A DNA stretch of 64,000 nucleotides from Octopus bimaculoides (GCF_001194135.2 NC_068990.1:78570089-78634088); one strand, 5' to 3'; positions 38,093 to 52,514 are shown, counted from the stretch's first letter. A program made the numbers and translations. The notes: generated by a model not told the origin, from the sequence alone.

Positions 38093-39987
38093 CTCAAGTC
38101 ACAGTTATAATGGTGAAGTGTTTTCAACTGATTGATTATTGGATGTAGCAATTAGGTCACTTAGAACAGTTTTTGTTTTTTTTTGATAAATATAATAGAC
38201 TAACCTAATACAGGCATATGTTGTAAGGATAAGTAAACAGGAAATAACAATTTCTACCCAAGGACAAAAATCGTGTTACACAGTGTAATCCACAATTGAA
38301 GCAAGATTAAGCTCAAACAGCTAAACTGAAGGAGAGATTCAACTGTGACACAAAATACATTGACTTCAATTACATTTGAGAACAAGTTTTGGATAAGCTA
38401 AAGAACTACAAGAGATTCTGATAGCAAACCTAAGTCTCTATCGTCTTTGCAATAAATAGGTAGCAGCCAAGATGTCTCACTTGAAATTCTTCATCAAATG
38501 ATATCGATGGATGACATTCATAATTTACAGACCTAAAGTGGTGACCTAAATGTTTGTCTGAAAGAGTTTATACATGAAGAACTCTTGGATTACTGATGTA
38601 TCTCTAAATAGAAACAAAACATTCTCATGACCCTCACCACTTCCCCTGTTTTTTCAACTCAGAATCGTTATGTTTCCAACCCAGCCACAATCTACAGCCT
38701 TTCATATTTGCCTGATATGTTTTAGCTTTATTTAGAATTATCATGAATCACAGGGACTAATCAAATATTGAGGCTTTAATATCTGTCTGTAGATTGGATG
38801 TGTGTATACCAATGTATATAGATTAACACACATACACTGCTGTATCTATATATGGGGGTATATAAAGAGATATCAATATGTAACATTGAAGAAGGAACAG
38901 AGAAAAATATACATTAAATAAAAAAAAAAAGGAAAAATAAAAATATAAAAAATAAAATAATAAAAGGAGAAAAAGATGAAAGAAAAAAAAAGAAAAACAA
39001 AGAGGAAAAGAGGAGGAAGGAGGCAAAAGCCTGGCCATATTTTAGCAATTGATTAGAAAATCTAATCAATAGTAATGTGATCCTGATTACAGATCGAAGT
39101 CATGAATCATTTGAATTTACTATTTCACATGAAATCTAACAGCAACTATAACATGATGATGATGGTGATGACTGTAGTGATGGTGGTGGAAGGGAGTTGG
39201 GGGGGGGCCTTCCTTATCCAGCTAACAATAACTTGGACCCTGCTTCAGCTGGTATTTGTTTGGCTCCCTACGCTTCATTTAACATTGAATCAACTCAGAG
39301 ATTTGAAGACAGAAAAAATACAGACGCCATCGTTAAATTTAGAAAATATGGCCAACATTAGATAACAAAAAAAATATCCTTTAAACGATAATCACATCTT
39401 CCCCAGATAAATCCTGCAAAAGATACAGGATGGAGTCATTAATGCTTTGACAGTTGAGTCACTTAAATAAGAGGCTCCACACACACACACACACACACGT
39501 CTGTCTGTTTACAAACACGTATGTGTGTATGTGTGTGTGTGTGTGTGTATGTGTGTGTGTGTGTGTATGTGTGTGTGTGTGTGTGTGTGTGTTTGGTTCA
39601 TGAGTTTGTTTTATTAATCACACCTAAAATCAGGCTACTGCTTTCATGGTGTGTGTGTGTGTGTGTGTGCAGATGAAGAGCTCTTAGAGAGAGTTATTCA
39701 GTTCTGGTTTCATTGTATGGATTACATGTGTGGCTACTCTGCACTTGGACAGGATACAAGTCTATTGCCAATAACATTTCCTGATGATTTAAGCAGATTT
39801 CAACCAAATCTTCAACAGACAGGTGGACTTAGGCAATGTAATATCCCACCTAATAAAACAACAGAGGCAGCAGGTTAGAAGTTAGGGCCAAGAGGTAGCT
39901 TGTCCAATACCTTTATCCACTGGGCTACTGCTGCTCTGGCACATCCACAGGTTTTACATTCAAATATTTATGTCTTTCCCATATGCA

Positions 39988-40047
<60 letters not shown>

Positions 40048-40984
40048 ACTTGTTTGATGTGTTTTTGTTTTCTTTTGCTCCTTTTTTTTCTCCGGTTGAC
40101 TCAGCCTTATTGGTGAATCATAAATGATTTTTGAAGAGGTATTTGAGAACTTGGGGCTCATTCAGTTAAACAAAGAGAAAATTCCATGGACAGAGAGGAA
40201 GACATAATTGTAAGAAGCGGGGCCAACAGATGTAGAGGTGGGTATGGCTTAACAAGTTTAGTAACAGAGCAGGGGCCATCACAGCAGAAACAATAAATCT
40301 GAAGATTGAAAGCTTTGCATAAAGGGGTTTATTAATCGAATGGATAGCCCCACCACCATCACCACTGCCACCATTCTGCTTTGAATGCAGTCTTCAAGAT
40401 CAGTGATTGAAAAAAGGGGCAACACTAAAAATACTACATCGACAAACCACATGGAGAGCAACTGAAGCCAGTAGAATAGGAAGTCATGTCTCCTTTCAAA
40501 GAATTTTTAGAACAAAGATTTTAGAGGAGGTTCCAAAAGATGGTGAGTCTGAGTTTGTATTGCTGTTATTATTAGCTCCTGGTCATCCTTGGTCAGATAA
40601 ATTTTACCATCAAAGAGATTCTAATCATGAATAATCTTTTATTCAAACAGTGTATCTTGGAGAATATTAGCCAATGTACCTTCCCATTTTTTTTTAATGT
40701 GTTAGAATATGATTTAGAGGGATATTTTGCTGCTATTTCTAGCTGATGCTCCTTTGTAGCATATCCTGAAATTTTACATTTCCATAATTTTCTGTGAACT
40801 TATGGTGCTATATTACATCTAAGAACTGACCATTTTCTTTGGAAGGCTTAAAAAGAAAAAAAAAGAATTTGTGACAAATACCTTACACAAAACAGCAAAC
40901 ATGATCCCACTTCCAGTCCAGATGCATTATGGGATACTTTGGTTGGGACAAACATTTCCTATAAACATCAACATGTAACACTTG

Positions 40985-41128
40985 GTATCTTTTATTTGTT
41001 TCAGTCATTAGACTGTGGCCATGCTGGGGCATTGCCTTAAAGAATTTTTATAGAAGACATTTGCCCAAGGTGCCACACAGTGGGACTGAACCCAAGACCA
41101 TGTGGTTGGGAAGCAAGCTTCTCACCAC
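40985..41128 (-). mobile_element. CORE-type SINE S2, internally deleted
   Basis: ttgtttcagtcattagactgtggccatgctgg joined to acatttgcccaaggtgccacacagtgggactgaaccc...gcaagcttctcacc. Confidence 0.8.
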
Positions 41129-41178
41129 ACATGTTTAATAAACATGTAATGTGCTTGTTACATGTTTATTAAACATGT
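41129..41178. repeat. Perfect 21-bp inverted repeat with an 8-nt loop; each arm is itself near-palindromic
   Basis: acatgtttaataaacatgtaa - tgtgcttg - ttacatgtttattaaacatgt. Confidence 0.9.
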
Positions 41179-41459
41179 TACACTTGTGCTTCCCATATAG
41201 AAGTTCAATGTTATTGACAGTATTTCTTGTGTTGACCATTGAAGTGACCCTTGATGGTAACAGCTCTTTATCTTGAAAAGTTTAAATGTAATTAACTTTG
41301 AATATTTACAGAAGAGAAACAAAGTTGTAAGAAAGAGGAGAATTAAAGAAGTTTTTATTTTTAAACAGAATCAGGTGCAGCTGCCATGCTATGGTATGAC
41401 GGTTCTCTTCTTCTTTACAATAAAGATGGATATCTATTCACACTGTTTCAAGCTCAGTG

Positions 41460-41785
41460 AAAGCACCTGGCTTAGTGGTTAGAGTATCTCACTTACAATT
41501 GTAGTCATGAGTTCAATTCCCAATGGCACATTGTGTCCTTCAACAAGACACTTTATTTCACATTGCTCCAGTTCACTTGGCTGGCAAATATGAATAGCAC
41601 CTGTAATTCAAAGGGCCAACCATGTCACATTCTGTATCACGTTGAATCTCTTTGAGAGCTACATTAAAGATGTGCATGTCAGTGGAGTACTCAGCCACTT
41701 GCACATTAATTTCATGAGCAGACTATTCCATTGATCAGATCAACAAGAACCCGTGTCCTTATAACCAATGGAGTGTCAGTTTATT
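41460..41785 (+). mobile_element. tRNA-derived CORE-type SINE, family S3
   Basis: A box tggcttagtggttag, B box gagttcaattcc, core gtgtccttcaacaagacacttt. A related 3' body fragment lies at 6700-6830(-). Confidence 0.7.
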
Positions 41786-42472
41786 TCTCAAGCCTGGTAA
41801 ATTAAAACAATGACTGTCATCAATCTGGACCATAAATACAATTCTGTACAAATGACTGAGAGAACAGAATTATTGATTCTGGTGAGTCAAACAATATTTT
41901 TAATTAATAAAACATTACACCTCTAATGAAAGAAAAAATCCATTAACTTCAACAAGAACTTATAGTCAAGACAGACAAGAAACAAACAATCCAATGAAGA
42001 AATCGTAGTAGATGAAAGCACACAGACAACTCCACACATGTTTCTATCTTATTAGGCCTCCTCAGCACTTTTACAGATATTCTTCAAGATTGTAAATGAG
42101 AGAGAATAAAGATTTTGAATGAAAAAACATTCACTGATTAGCCAAACTGAAAATAATGATGGGAAAAAAATGCTTAAGAATATGTTCAGATAATTTAATC
42201 TGTTAAGTCACCGAATAACAATAACAACAACAACAGTTATAATGCATTGTTAGGCTGGTGTTTAGTTCTAGATTTAGTGGTGCTAAGAGGATAATGAACC
42301 TTCCTTTGGGTAGAAATATCACTGTATCACAGATATTATTCTTGTATGTGATGCTAATTCCTTACAATTCAATCAACTAAACACACACACACACACACAC
42401 ACATCTTGAAGACTGTTTCTGTATTCATTGAATTTCAGTAGTTTCCTTATTTTCTCATTTAACTAAAATACT

Positions 42473-42508
<36 letters not shown>

Positions 42509-42510
42509 TA

Positions 42511-42701
42511 NNNNNNNNNNNNNNNNNNNNNNNNNNNNNNNNNNNNNNNNNNNNNNNNNNNNNNNNNNNNNNNNNNNNNNNNNNNNNNNNNNNNNNNNNN
42601 NNNNNNNNNNNNNNNNNNNNNNNNNNNNNNNNNNNNNNNNNNNNNNNNNNNNNNNNNNNNNNNNNNNNNNNNNNNNNNNNNNNNNNNNNNNNNNNNNNNN
42701 N
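42511..42701. other. Assembly gap (N)
   Basis: Run of N between (TA)n and poly-T. Confidence 1.
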
Positions 42702-42749
42702 TTTTTTTTTTTTTGTTTTTCAATCCTACAAATGCAAAATAACAAGAGA

Positions 42750-42780
<31 letters not shown>

Positions 42781-44807
42781 CATGTGTGTATATATATTTT
42801 AGTAAAACTGAGCTTAGAATGTACGTGTACATTGAAATTACAACCTCGAAACTAAATTTATTTCTCCCTGACAAGCTGAAAAGATAGCTTCAAGCTTTGA
42901 AGCAGCTGTATGATAAAGAAGCCATCTTCTCTAAATACAACTGGAGCCAAGCAGCAACAGCGGTGATGGCAAGAGTAAAATAAGGTCTTTGTTTTAGACT
43001 TTGGCAGAGTAACCAGAAGTAAAGAGATATGCCAACAGCATTACAAGTGCTGCAGTGACAAACTGGAATCTATCCTTGGCTCTAACACAAGACTATGTTA
43101 CATAGATGTAGCACCTTAATAATCAAGCTAAATTCTGTTTCTTTTTTCTTCTTCTTTTCTTTTTCTTTCTTTTTGCTTGTTTTAATGTTTATTTTTACAA
43201 CTGCTAGCAATTCCGTTTGTTCGGGTGTTAATCCTAAATATACTTATGTAGGGCAAGCACTGTAATGTAGTCTGGATCTCAAGGGATAAACTGTTTCAAT
43301 GAAATAAATATTTTGTTAATGCTTACTTTGTGCGAATGCCATAGAGTGGGTGGTAGCCATGGAAATTGACACAAGTTGTGAATTTAGTCTTGGAGAAATT
43401 TCAACGCTGCAACATCTAACACACACACACACACACACTTGAAATAAAAGATTTTAAAAAATGAAAAAAAAACAAAACAAAAAAACAAGGCAACAAAACC
43501 ATGAAATCTGCTCAAGGGTCAGACAGGCAGCCTGTAGCAGGGAGTGAACCATCTACAATACGTATGGCTAATAAGATAGCATCTTAATACTTAAAATCCA
43601 AATATGAGGAAGCATTCCTTTATTATATTCACAACAAACAAAAACATCTACAATACCGACCAGCAAGAACCGTTTCTTTCATCACAAACCTCTGGGCCCA
43701 GCAGAGAGTATCATTAGAAAGAGGAGTTAAAAACACAAGGGCTAACCTGGATTTCACAGATGGCTATTTATTAAAAGGTTTGATGACTTAAATACAAGGT
43801 TTACTCATTAAATTATGTGTTATAGATTGGAACAAAAGACTTAGACATTTAAGAAAAGGACAACTTTAATTTGAGAGAGACAGCTAAGAAAGAAGCTCCC
43901 ACATGGTCGTGTGTTGTTAAGATTAGAACAGAAGGGCATTCAAGAATTTGTGGTGTCACCTGGAGCAATTTGGAACCTTAGCAAACTGAGCTTTGAAGAG
44001 TGTAATTTAAGGCTAAAATTCAAAAATTTCCAACAAAATACTGATGCACAAACATTCTCCAAGCATTCCACATTCAATATTCAGACTTTCTGCCACAGCT
44101 GTCATTGCTGCCATCACGGTCATTGTTGTCAATGGCTTAAATGTTAAAGAATATAAAGAAAGAAATCAAGTTCATTAGAGACAAAGTCTGGGTAAATTCT
44201 TGTTCAATAGATTTTGGCAGTGATCTGTTTGGCCCACTGTATTAATCCAAATAGGAACACAAGGATTAATACAAATCCGATGTGCCGTTATGCTTCTATG
44301 TTGTCACACATGATTCTAACTGATACAATAACCAAGTCCATCTTAAATAGGACACATAATGTAGTTCTAAATAACATTAAAAAAGACTGGATGACTATGG
44401 ATGGAATGTCTTTGATCAAAGGCCTGCTTGCTTGGCCTGGATGACACAATATCTTTACTCTCGGTAGAACATCTTAAGTGTAAAATCTTCAGTCTTTCGA
44501 GAGTAACTGACTTACAATACATTATGTCATCCTTATACACTGGGCTTGGGGAAAAAGATAAGTCAACAGGATGCTCAAGGCTGGAACGTCTTTGATCATA
44601 CATCTACCCTTTCAGGTATTTCTAACTCACTTGTCACTCCACTTCTCTCACTGACCATACTGTCTCCATTCCAGCCTGGGTCCCACACTAACCCTTACAT
44701 TCAGTCCTTCCTTCAAGAATTTCTGACCTACACATGTTTTTGCAACTATTCAAGAGAAATGTTAACCATCCAACCCATGCCAGTATGGAAGGAGAACATT
44801 AAGTGAA

Positions 44808-44840
<33 letters not shown>

Positions 44841-44995
44841 CTCACCAGTCTCAAGTGAATTTAAGAGTTATACAAAGAAGGGCTAACTTGGATTTCACTA
44901 GTGACACACAAACATGCTATTGTCCAGTTTCTGGTCAAACCAGGTACAACCAATTCAGCTAATGAGAGGTATGCATGAATAAGGAGGAAGTAGAA

Positions 44996-45043
<48 letters not shown>

Positions 45044-45053
45044 NNNNNNNNNN

Positions 45054-45090
<37 letters not shown>

Positions 45091-45736
45091 AAAGGGATGT
45101 TGTTTGTGTATCTATACATGTAAAGACTTTATACATATGTATGTATATGATAATTAGAAGAGGTCAGTTCTTCCAGAGAATAGAAAAGCAATCAGGTGAT
45201 CATTCAAATAAAAAGTATGAGAACTACAATAAGCAAGAGAACAAAACAGTCTTATTCATGTTATTGTTAGTACTGTAGCTGTGGTTGATGTTATTGTTGC
45301 TGTTATTATTGAAGTAGAGGTTCATGTTGAATTGTGGTTCACATGTTGTTGTTGTTGTAGTGTTCCATGGTGGAGGATGAGTAGGAGGGGAGGGGGTTGC
45401 TCTGACAATGAATAATTCAAAGCCATGGCAATCAACATATTGTCTTGCTTTTCTCCATGACCCCCTCCCTCATGCATCCCACACAATCAACTCACCCCAC
45501 CCCAATTCGTGAAAGAGGGTGGACTTAATTGGTTGCACCACTCGACCATAAACATTTGGTTGGCACACATTTTTGCTTTCAAGTAGATTTCACTAGAGAC
45601 ACACACACACACACACACAGATGATGATGATGACTTATATATACATATACACACATAGATATGCATATACATACAGATACCTTACATAGTTAGACTTATA
45701 TAAATGTGAGGGTGTGTGTATATACACGCAATAAAA

Positions 45737-45897
45737 TCATATCATCATGGATTGGATGATTTGACTGAGGACTGGCAAGCCAGATGGCTGCACCAGGCTC
45801 CAGTTTGAGCTAACAATGTTTCTACAGCTGGATGCCCTTCCTAATGCCAACCACTCCGAGAGTGTAGTGGGTGCTTTTACGTGCCACCGGCACAAAG
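45737..45897 (-). mobile_element. RTE 3' UTR fragment
   Basis: catcatggattggatgatttgactgaggactgg...ctggatgcccttcctaatgccaaccactccgagagtgtagtgggtgcttttacgtgccaccggcac. Confidence 0.85.
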
Positions 45898-46491
45898 GCA
45901 CAATTTCTTCATGTATTGGTTTCTCTAGCTGTATTTCTTGAAGGTTTGTGGTTGTCATCACTGAGTGCAACTTTTTGGTATCTTCATGTTTAAGAACTGG
46001 CTTTAACATTCAGTTGTTTGTTTGCCACAGATAGGCAGAAAGTCCCATGGTTGCAATTTTCAATGGCTGCCTTCTTTTCTCAGGAGGTTTATTCAATTTA
46101 CATCTGTTGCATAGGTTTTCCTTTCATCATCAGCTTTCCTATTTTGATACAAGAGAGGAACAAGTTTATAGCAATGAAGTTGTGTGTGATTACAGGCATG
46201 GCTGACATGTTTATGGCCTCAGTTTTGCTTCTGGCATTCAGCCACATTTTCAGAATGGCTCTTACTGTTTGGTAGCACACCTTCCTTATCTTTTCTCTCA
46301 TTAGTGAGTGCTTAATTTCATCCCTTTCCCATATTTCTAGATACTTACAGCTGTCCTAAACTTCTAATTCTTTTATTTTGGTGTCTCCCTCTACGGGTCT
46401 TAAGAGTTTGATAGCTTTCTCTTGGTAAATGTAGTCTTAGTTTTATTTGTCGAACCCAAATTCCATTTTGATGTTGTCACTAAATTGTTTC
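45897..46491 (-). mobile_element. R4/Dong-type LINE fragment (RT end and thumb region)
   Basis: KQFSDNIKMEFGFDK, KYLEI, MREKIRKVCYQTVRAILKMWLNARSKTEAIN, KIATMGLSAYL, MLKPVLKHEDTKKLHSV. Confidence 0.8.
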
Positions 46492-46654
46492 TGTGTGTGT
46501 AGGATACAGTTGGCAATCATTTAGACAGAAAACAGTTTCAAATCATTCACATAGAAATGATGATTGTTTTTCCATACACTCTGTATCCAGAATTGGCTTC
46601 GTTTGGGAGACTGCTTTGGGGAAACAGGGAATAACAAAGGAGATAATAAGTCTC

Positions 46655-46790
46655 TGTGTTCTGAGTTCAAATTCTGCCGAGGTTGACTTTGCCTTTCATC
46701 CTTTCTGACTATCAGTTGTGTACTGGGGTTGATGCAATTGACTAGTCCCCTACCCCCAAATTTCTGGCCTTGTACCTATTGTAGAAAGTT
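46655..46790 (+). mobile_element. S1 SINE, 3' part
   Basis: ctgagttcaaattctgccgaggttgactttgcctttcatcc...ggccttgtacctattgtagaaag. Confidence 0.8.
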
Positions 46791-48190
46791 TGAGGAAAAA
46801 GAATAATAAATTAATTATATGCTACAATCAATAGAAACCTTTGTCCAAACCCAAGCAAAATCAAAATCGTCCCCATTGTGACTTCATAGCAATATCCATT
46901 CCTGGACTGACTCAAATTACATTCACACATCGCAAATAGGTGCAGTTTTTTTTGTTTTTTTTCTTCTTGTTTTCTGTTTTTCCTACTTTTTTTTTTATCT
47001 TTAAATCCTCTCCTTCAAACATTCATACATGAAAATCAACAGGAGCAACCATCATCATTATTATTATTATTATCAAAGCAGCAAGATAGCAGAAACATTT
47101 GTGTATCAGGTAAAGTGCTTAGAAGTTTTCCTGGGGATGTAATATCAGCAAAAAGAAAAAAAAAACACACACTCACACACACACAGGTGCAGGTAAGGCT
47201 GTGGGAGTTAAGGAATTTGCTTTGAAACCACGAGGTTGCAGGTTCAATCCCACAGCATGTCATCTTGGACACATGCATTCTACCATAGCCTGAACCAACC
47301 AATACTTTTTTCAGTGAATTTGTTAGCCAGAAACTGTGTGGAAGCGCATCATATGTGTATGTGTGTGTGTGTGTGGGGGGGGGGGCTTCCCTTGATATCA
47401 CACAATGTTGTAAATCACTATTGCACAAGCAGTATCATTCATTTCCCGTTGAAAACATATCTAGTCATAGGGAAATATTCCCTTGCTTGAAAACAGGGGA
47501 CAGTTAGCAACAGGAAAGGCATCCAACCACAGAAAATCTGCCCCTGTAAGATGCTTCCTGACCAATGATGATGATGATGATGACATATATAGAAGTACAA
47601 CCACAGCTGAATATAAACACACACAGACACACACAAACACACAGAAAATTCTTCTCCTTTCTGGCTCCAGTTTTTATATTCTGTGACAATGTTCAATTGC
47701 TATCATGCTGAAAAACTTCAATAGAAATGTTTAAGACACTTATTTGTTTAAATGTTACCAATATTCACTCCACGATGTCAATCAGAGAGAGAGAGAGAGA
47801 GAGCAGCCATCTGTAAATGAAATCTACAGAATGCAGGAAGAAATTCTTTAAGAATCGTTTGAAACCATTGTACTGCGAACTTCTCTTGTCCAGTCCAATA
47901 ACACCAGCTTAGTAAAACAAATGTAACATAGACGGAAATGGTGTCTTCATTCATTCATGCATACATACCTACATACATACATACAACATTCATATGAGGA
48001 AGTAACCAAAAGAAATTGGAATTTTGCAGTTGACAATATACAACAACTTTATCGCATCACTACTGCTTAAATCTCTCTGAGAGATTTAGAAATGTTATTT
48101 CTAATTTTGGTAACCAGTGAATATATTTCACTGTATTTATATATGTTTGCGAGAGGTTGACAGACTTCTTCAACCAGCTGGTCATGCTAC

Positions 48191-48233
48191 TTCAGGCTGA
48201 TGACAAGCAAAGACTCAGAAACATGTCCCTGAA
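48191..48233 (+). ncRNA. Minimal type I hammerhead ribozyme, stem II decayed
   Basis: Stem I UUCAGG(48191-96)/CCUGAA(48228-33), CUGAUGA 48197-203, GAA 48218-20, palindromic ACAUGU 48221-26, C48227 (GUC triplet). Confidence 0.6.
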
Positions 48234-48372
48234 TGCTGGCTAGGTTGGGTGGAAGGGTTTGTCTCCCCCTCACAAACATAAGGACTCAGTAAATGTGTCA
48301 AGGCCGACAGGAAGCGGTCCAGCTTCCTAGGGCTAAACAGCAGTAGTATATTCCCTTATTGGGATTGTCACA

Positions 48373-48997
48373 TTAATCGCCTTCAAAGTATTCTCCATTT
48401 GAAGCAATGTTTCAGTCCAGGCATGTTTTCTACTATTCAAAGCAATGCTGGAACTCTTGTGAAGTGATGCCTTTTAACGCCTCCGTCGCTTTTTTTTTCT
48501 TCACCTCTTCCACATCTGCAAATTCCGTAGTACCACCTTTTATCACCAGTGATGACCTTCAAAAAAAGGTCTGGATCAACTTCCAGCTGTTCTTTCAGTC
48601 GTGACTGTTTTCGATCTTCTGTGATTAAGTGAGGCACAAATTTTGCTGCAACTCTTTTCATTCGCAATTCCTCGCTCAGAATTTGTTGGCAGCAGCTCCG
48701 GGAAACACCAGTCATATCAAAAAGTTCATCAATCGTTTGGTGATGGCTGTCCAAGATTAGTTCATGAATTTTCCTGACGTTTTCATTTGTCCAGGAGGCT
48801 GACAGGCATCCTGAATGAAGTTAGTCTTCAAGTGACATGTGACCATTCCCAAAGCATGGAAACTACTCATAAACTTGTGTTTTGCTCATGGCTGCATCCT
48901 TGTAAGCTGTTTGGAGCATGACAACTGTTTTGGCTGCTGTTTTCCCCAGCAGAAAACAGAATTTCACAAAAGCACGCTGTTCTTTTGTTTCAGCCAT
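48373..48997 (-). pseudogene. Mariner transposase remnant: HTH domains and first catalytic Asp region fused to the C-terminus
   Basis: MAETKEQRAFVKFCFLLGKTAAKT...KTQVYE, HQTIDEL, MKRVAAKFVPHLIT, KVITGD..WYYG, then EALKGITSQEFQHCFE...ASNGEYFEGD*. The rest of the DD34D core is missing. Confidence 0.9.
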
Positions 48998-49703
48998 TGC
49001 AAAAATCGATGAACAAGGGAGAAGCACTGCAAAACAAAGATGCACCACGTAACAGTATGACCCCACTGGACAACACCAGTCGGCAGACTGATGCCTGAGG
49101 GTCACGTCAAGTGGTTTCTTGTGGTAGAAGCCTGAAATACAATGGGTTTGTCCCACAGAGAACGTTTCTGGTTAATTTTGGGTACCCCTTTGTACATACA
49201 CATACATACACACAAATGCACAACGTTAAACTAAAAAGAAATACCATTTTATGAAATTTAATTATGCATTCACAGATTTCCACTTACCCCCACCATCACC
49301 ACCACTACAACCAAAGTATAGCAGCTTCTGAAAATGCAATATATTTTTTTTATTTAGCTTTTGTTTATTTAATGAAAAAATTCTGTTGTATTAAATAGAT
49401 TTGTGTTTGTTTCATGTCTCACATTGTTTCCAACCCCTTATAATATTGAATTGGTGGTCATTCCTTTTAATGGTCAGTGTCAGTGGTGGTGGCATCATCA
49501 TTGTCGACACCAACATCATCATCACTGCTTGGAAGGAGTCTCTTAATCATTTGTTGCCAACAAGGTTTTGTCAGTAATTTGTGCCCATTCAACATAGAAA
49601 GAGGAAATGAAAATAATTGAATTGAATTCTTCAAAATCAAATTTATTCCCCAAAAATGAGTGCGTGTGTGTGTGTAGTAGTAGTAGTAGTAGGAGAGAGA
49701 AAG

Positions 49704-49734
<31 letters not shown>

Positions 49735-50600
49735 AGTGTGTGTGTGTGTGTGTGTGTGTGTGTCTATATATATATTGCTAATACTTATTTTTATGACTTA
49801 TTCTTGTTTAATGAAAACTACTGGGGATTTGTACATATTTTTGTACATTTTCCGTGTTTAACATTTGATCCCATTTTAACCCCTCCCCTCCCCACCTCCA
49901 ATATATATTTAAAGCAAGATTTGTCCAATTTCAATGCGGATCACATTTGATTTGGTTGATTTTCTCCTTTCTTTATTAATTTGTTTTGTTTTGTTTTAAC
50001 CTCATCCTTCCTGTATTTTACAATTATACGAGATGCACAGACTTGCCAAAAAGATGCTCCACCAATCTCTTCTTATAGTCTTCACATCAACATTGATTCT
50101 TGGTTGGTTCCTTTCTTGCTTCCTTCTATGTTCTTATTCTATGCCAAACAGAATTCTACCATTCAGGCAAGAAACCATCCTACATCAACCAAGATAAAGT
50201 GTCAGACTCCAGAATGAAGACAACCAATTATCGGTTCTTGTTTTATAAGATTCTGAACAACTTCTACACCATTTCCCTGAAAACCAAACTTAAAACGCAT
50301 CTTTAAGAAATGGATAAAAGACAGCCATCCTCCTAGATAGTAAACCAACCTCACTTCACCCAGCTATTGGGAATGGGTACAGAAAATGTGGAGACTATTC
50401 CCAGTTGCTAAGTGAAATGGAGCAAGTAGAATTAACTGTTCTGTCCAAATACACCAACAAGACTTGCAGTGGGTTTGAACTCAGGATCTTTACATTTGTC
50501 ATTCATTCTCTTTTTCCCAGCAGCAGCATAGATACTTTTTCACCCTCTCTTTAATTATACTCATCACTCTTCCTTTCTCTTTTTACTTTTTCAGTTCAGA

Positions 50601-50638
<38 letters not shown>

Positions 50639-50648
50639 NNNNNNNNNN

Positions 50649-50689
<41 letters not shown>

Positions 50690-52514
50690 GCATACATGCA
50701 CATACCCACACACACACATACACCACAGACCCAATTTTATATGTCCTGTAATGTTGCTGCCAGAATTGGTAGAGCATCAGCAAAACCATTTGATGCCATT
50801 GCTTTCAGCCAAGTTCTACTTTATCTTTCATCTTTCTAACATCAACAAAACCAGGACTGGAATCTACATAGCTGACTATATTCTAAATAATGGTGCCCTA
50901 GCATGGCCAACACCATCTTTCTATTTCCTTTGAAATCAATTCGGATGATTTGATTAGTGATAAATACATTTGATCAGGAAAGATTAAACAATTGAGACTG
51001 TTTATTGTAATTGAGCAGAAGATAAATATACACATACAAATGTATACACTTGTGCATGTGTGATGAATATGTACAGATACACAGATATATAGAATTGTGT
51101 TGGGAGTGTATGGACATGTGTCTACTGTCGTGTGTGTGTGTGTGTGTGCATGCATGCGGGTATGTTGTACGTATGTTATACATACAAAATAGATTTCAAG
51201 CTTTGATGGATGCAATTTACACTCAATTAGATATAAGTGAAAATTTGAGATTATCTCTTTCAGTTAATTAATCTGGCTAATCCTTCAGAAATTACATCAA
51301 TAAACAACTGTAAAACTATTATCTAAACACCCACACCAATAAAAGTGAGGAGAAAGCGAAAATGTATACCAAGCAGATGGCATTCATTTAACCCATTGAC
51401 AAACTATTTGTTCTCTTACACAATGGGTTGTGTGAGTGGGTGGAGGCTTTGTCGGAATTTAAAATTAAGTTTTTACATTTATCTTTTATTCTTAAATTCC
51501 ACTTAATTTGTGTCGAAATTCAGGAAGTTTTTAATTCACTCAAAAGACATTATTTGTTCATGATTGCTTCTTTGTTTAACATTGGAAAGATGCTGCAACA
51601 GTCACTGGTCACGCTGCTACCAGTCGTTGTTGGTACACATCGACTGGAAATAATAGCTAACTCGTTTTGATGGCAACGGTAATTTTAACAGTTCTTACAG
51701 TAGCAAACGTTATTCAAGGCTGTCACCATTTATGATCTGTGACTCGGTTAATTCACAGACAGCACCACTAATTTCAATAGTTCTATAGAAGTCTAGACAT
51801 TACTCAGCATTGTCAAAGTTTATGGTTTGTGAATTGACATTAAAAGCTGCATAAAAGAACTGACCCCTTCCCCCAGCCATTGAACACAACTGTTACTTAC
51901 AGTGAAGTGTGAAAGAGTTAACTTATTCAGAAAATGATTAACAACACACACACACACACACACTCTTTGACACAAGAATAGTGCTTTAGGGACTGATATA
52001 CTTTGTGCTCTGCTACCCACCACCTTCATCCGACACTCTTTCAATCCTTGACCTCCACCCCAAATATTAACACATTGTTCTTTTCACTCCTCCACACCAC
52101 CAGTCCACTTTTATTCCTCCTCTGGACCTATGTATAAAGAAAGACACTACACTAGAGCACCACTTCCCTCTCACTCCCTCATTCTTCACCAGACCCATCA
52201 GTCCACCCCCATTCTATCACGAGGCTGATTATCTAAAAGACTTCATTGGATCATCCTCATACCTCTGGAATTCCTTTCTATCACTGCATCACTCTTACCT
52301 TCTTTGCCCTTCCCTACAGCCAACCATCACACTTGCCCTCAACGTCAGGGCCACTTCTACTGCCATCCATTATCTACTTTCCAGCTTATTCAATCACTCG
52401 AGAGAGCAAGGCAGTTTCTCTGGGACTGGTGACACAAAATGTGTCCAGGGCCCACTGTGAAGTGGTTGACAAATGAGCAGAGAATGCACAGGGTTCTAAG
52501 GCCCCTTTAGTGTC

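Larger units (their letters stand above)
47995..49192 (-). mobile_element. Mariner DNA transposon, internally deleted, inserted at TA in a (TACA)n tract
   Basis: TA at 47993-47994 and 49193-49194. Degenerate TIRs tgaggaagtaaccaaaagaaattggaa / tttctggttaattttgggtacccctttg. Confidence 0.88.

Noticed and set aside
51550-51800. Unique CpG-retaining stretch as a coding exon
   Set aside because: Frequent stops, no convincing splice pair and no recognisable protein; it could still be UTR or a conserved non-coding element.
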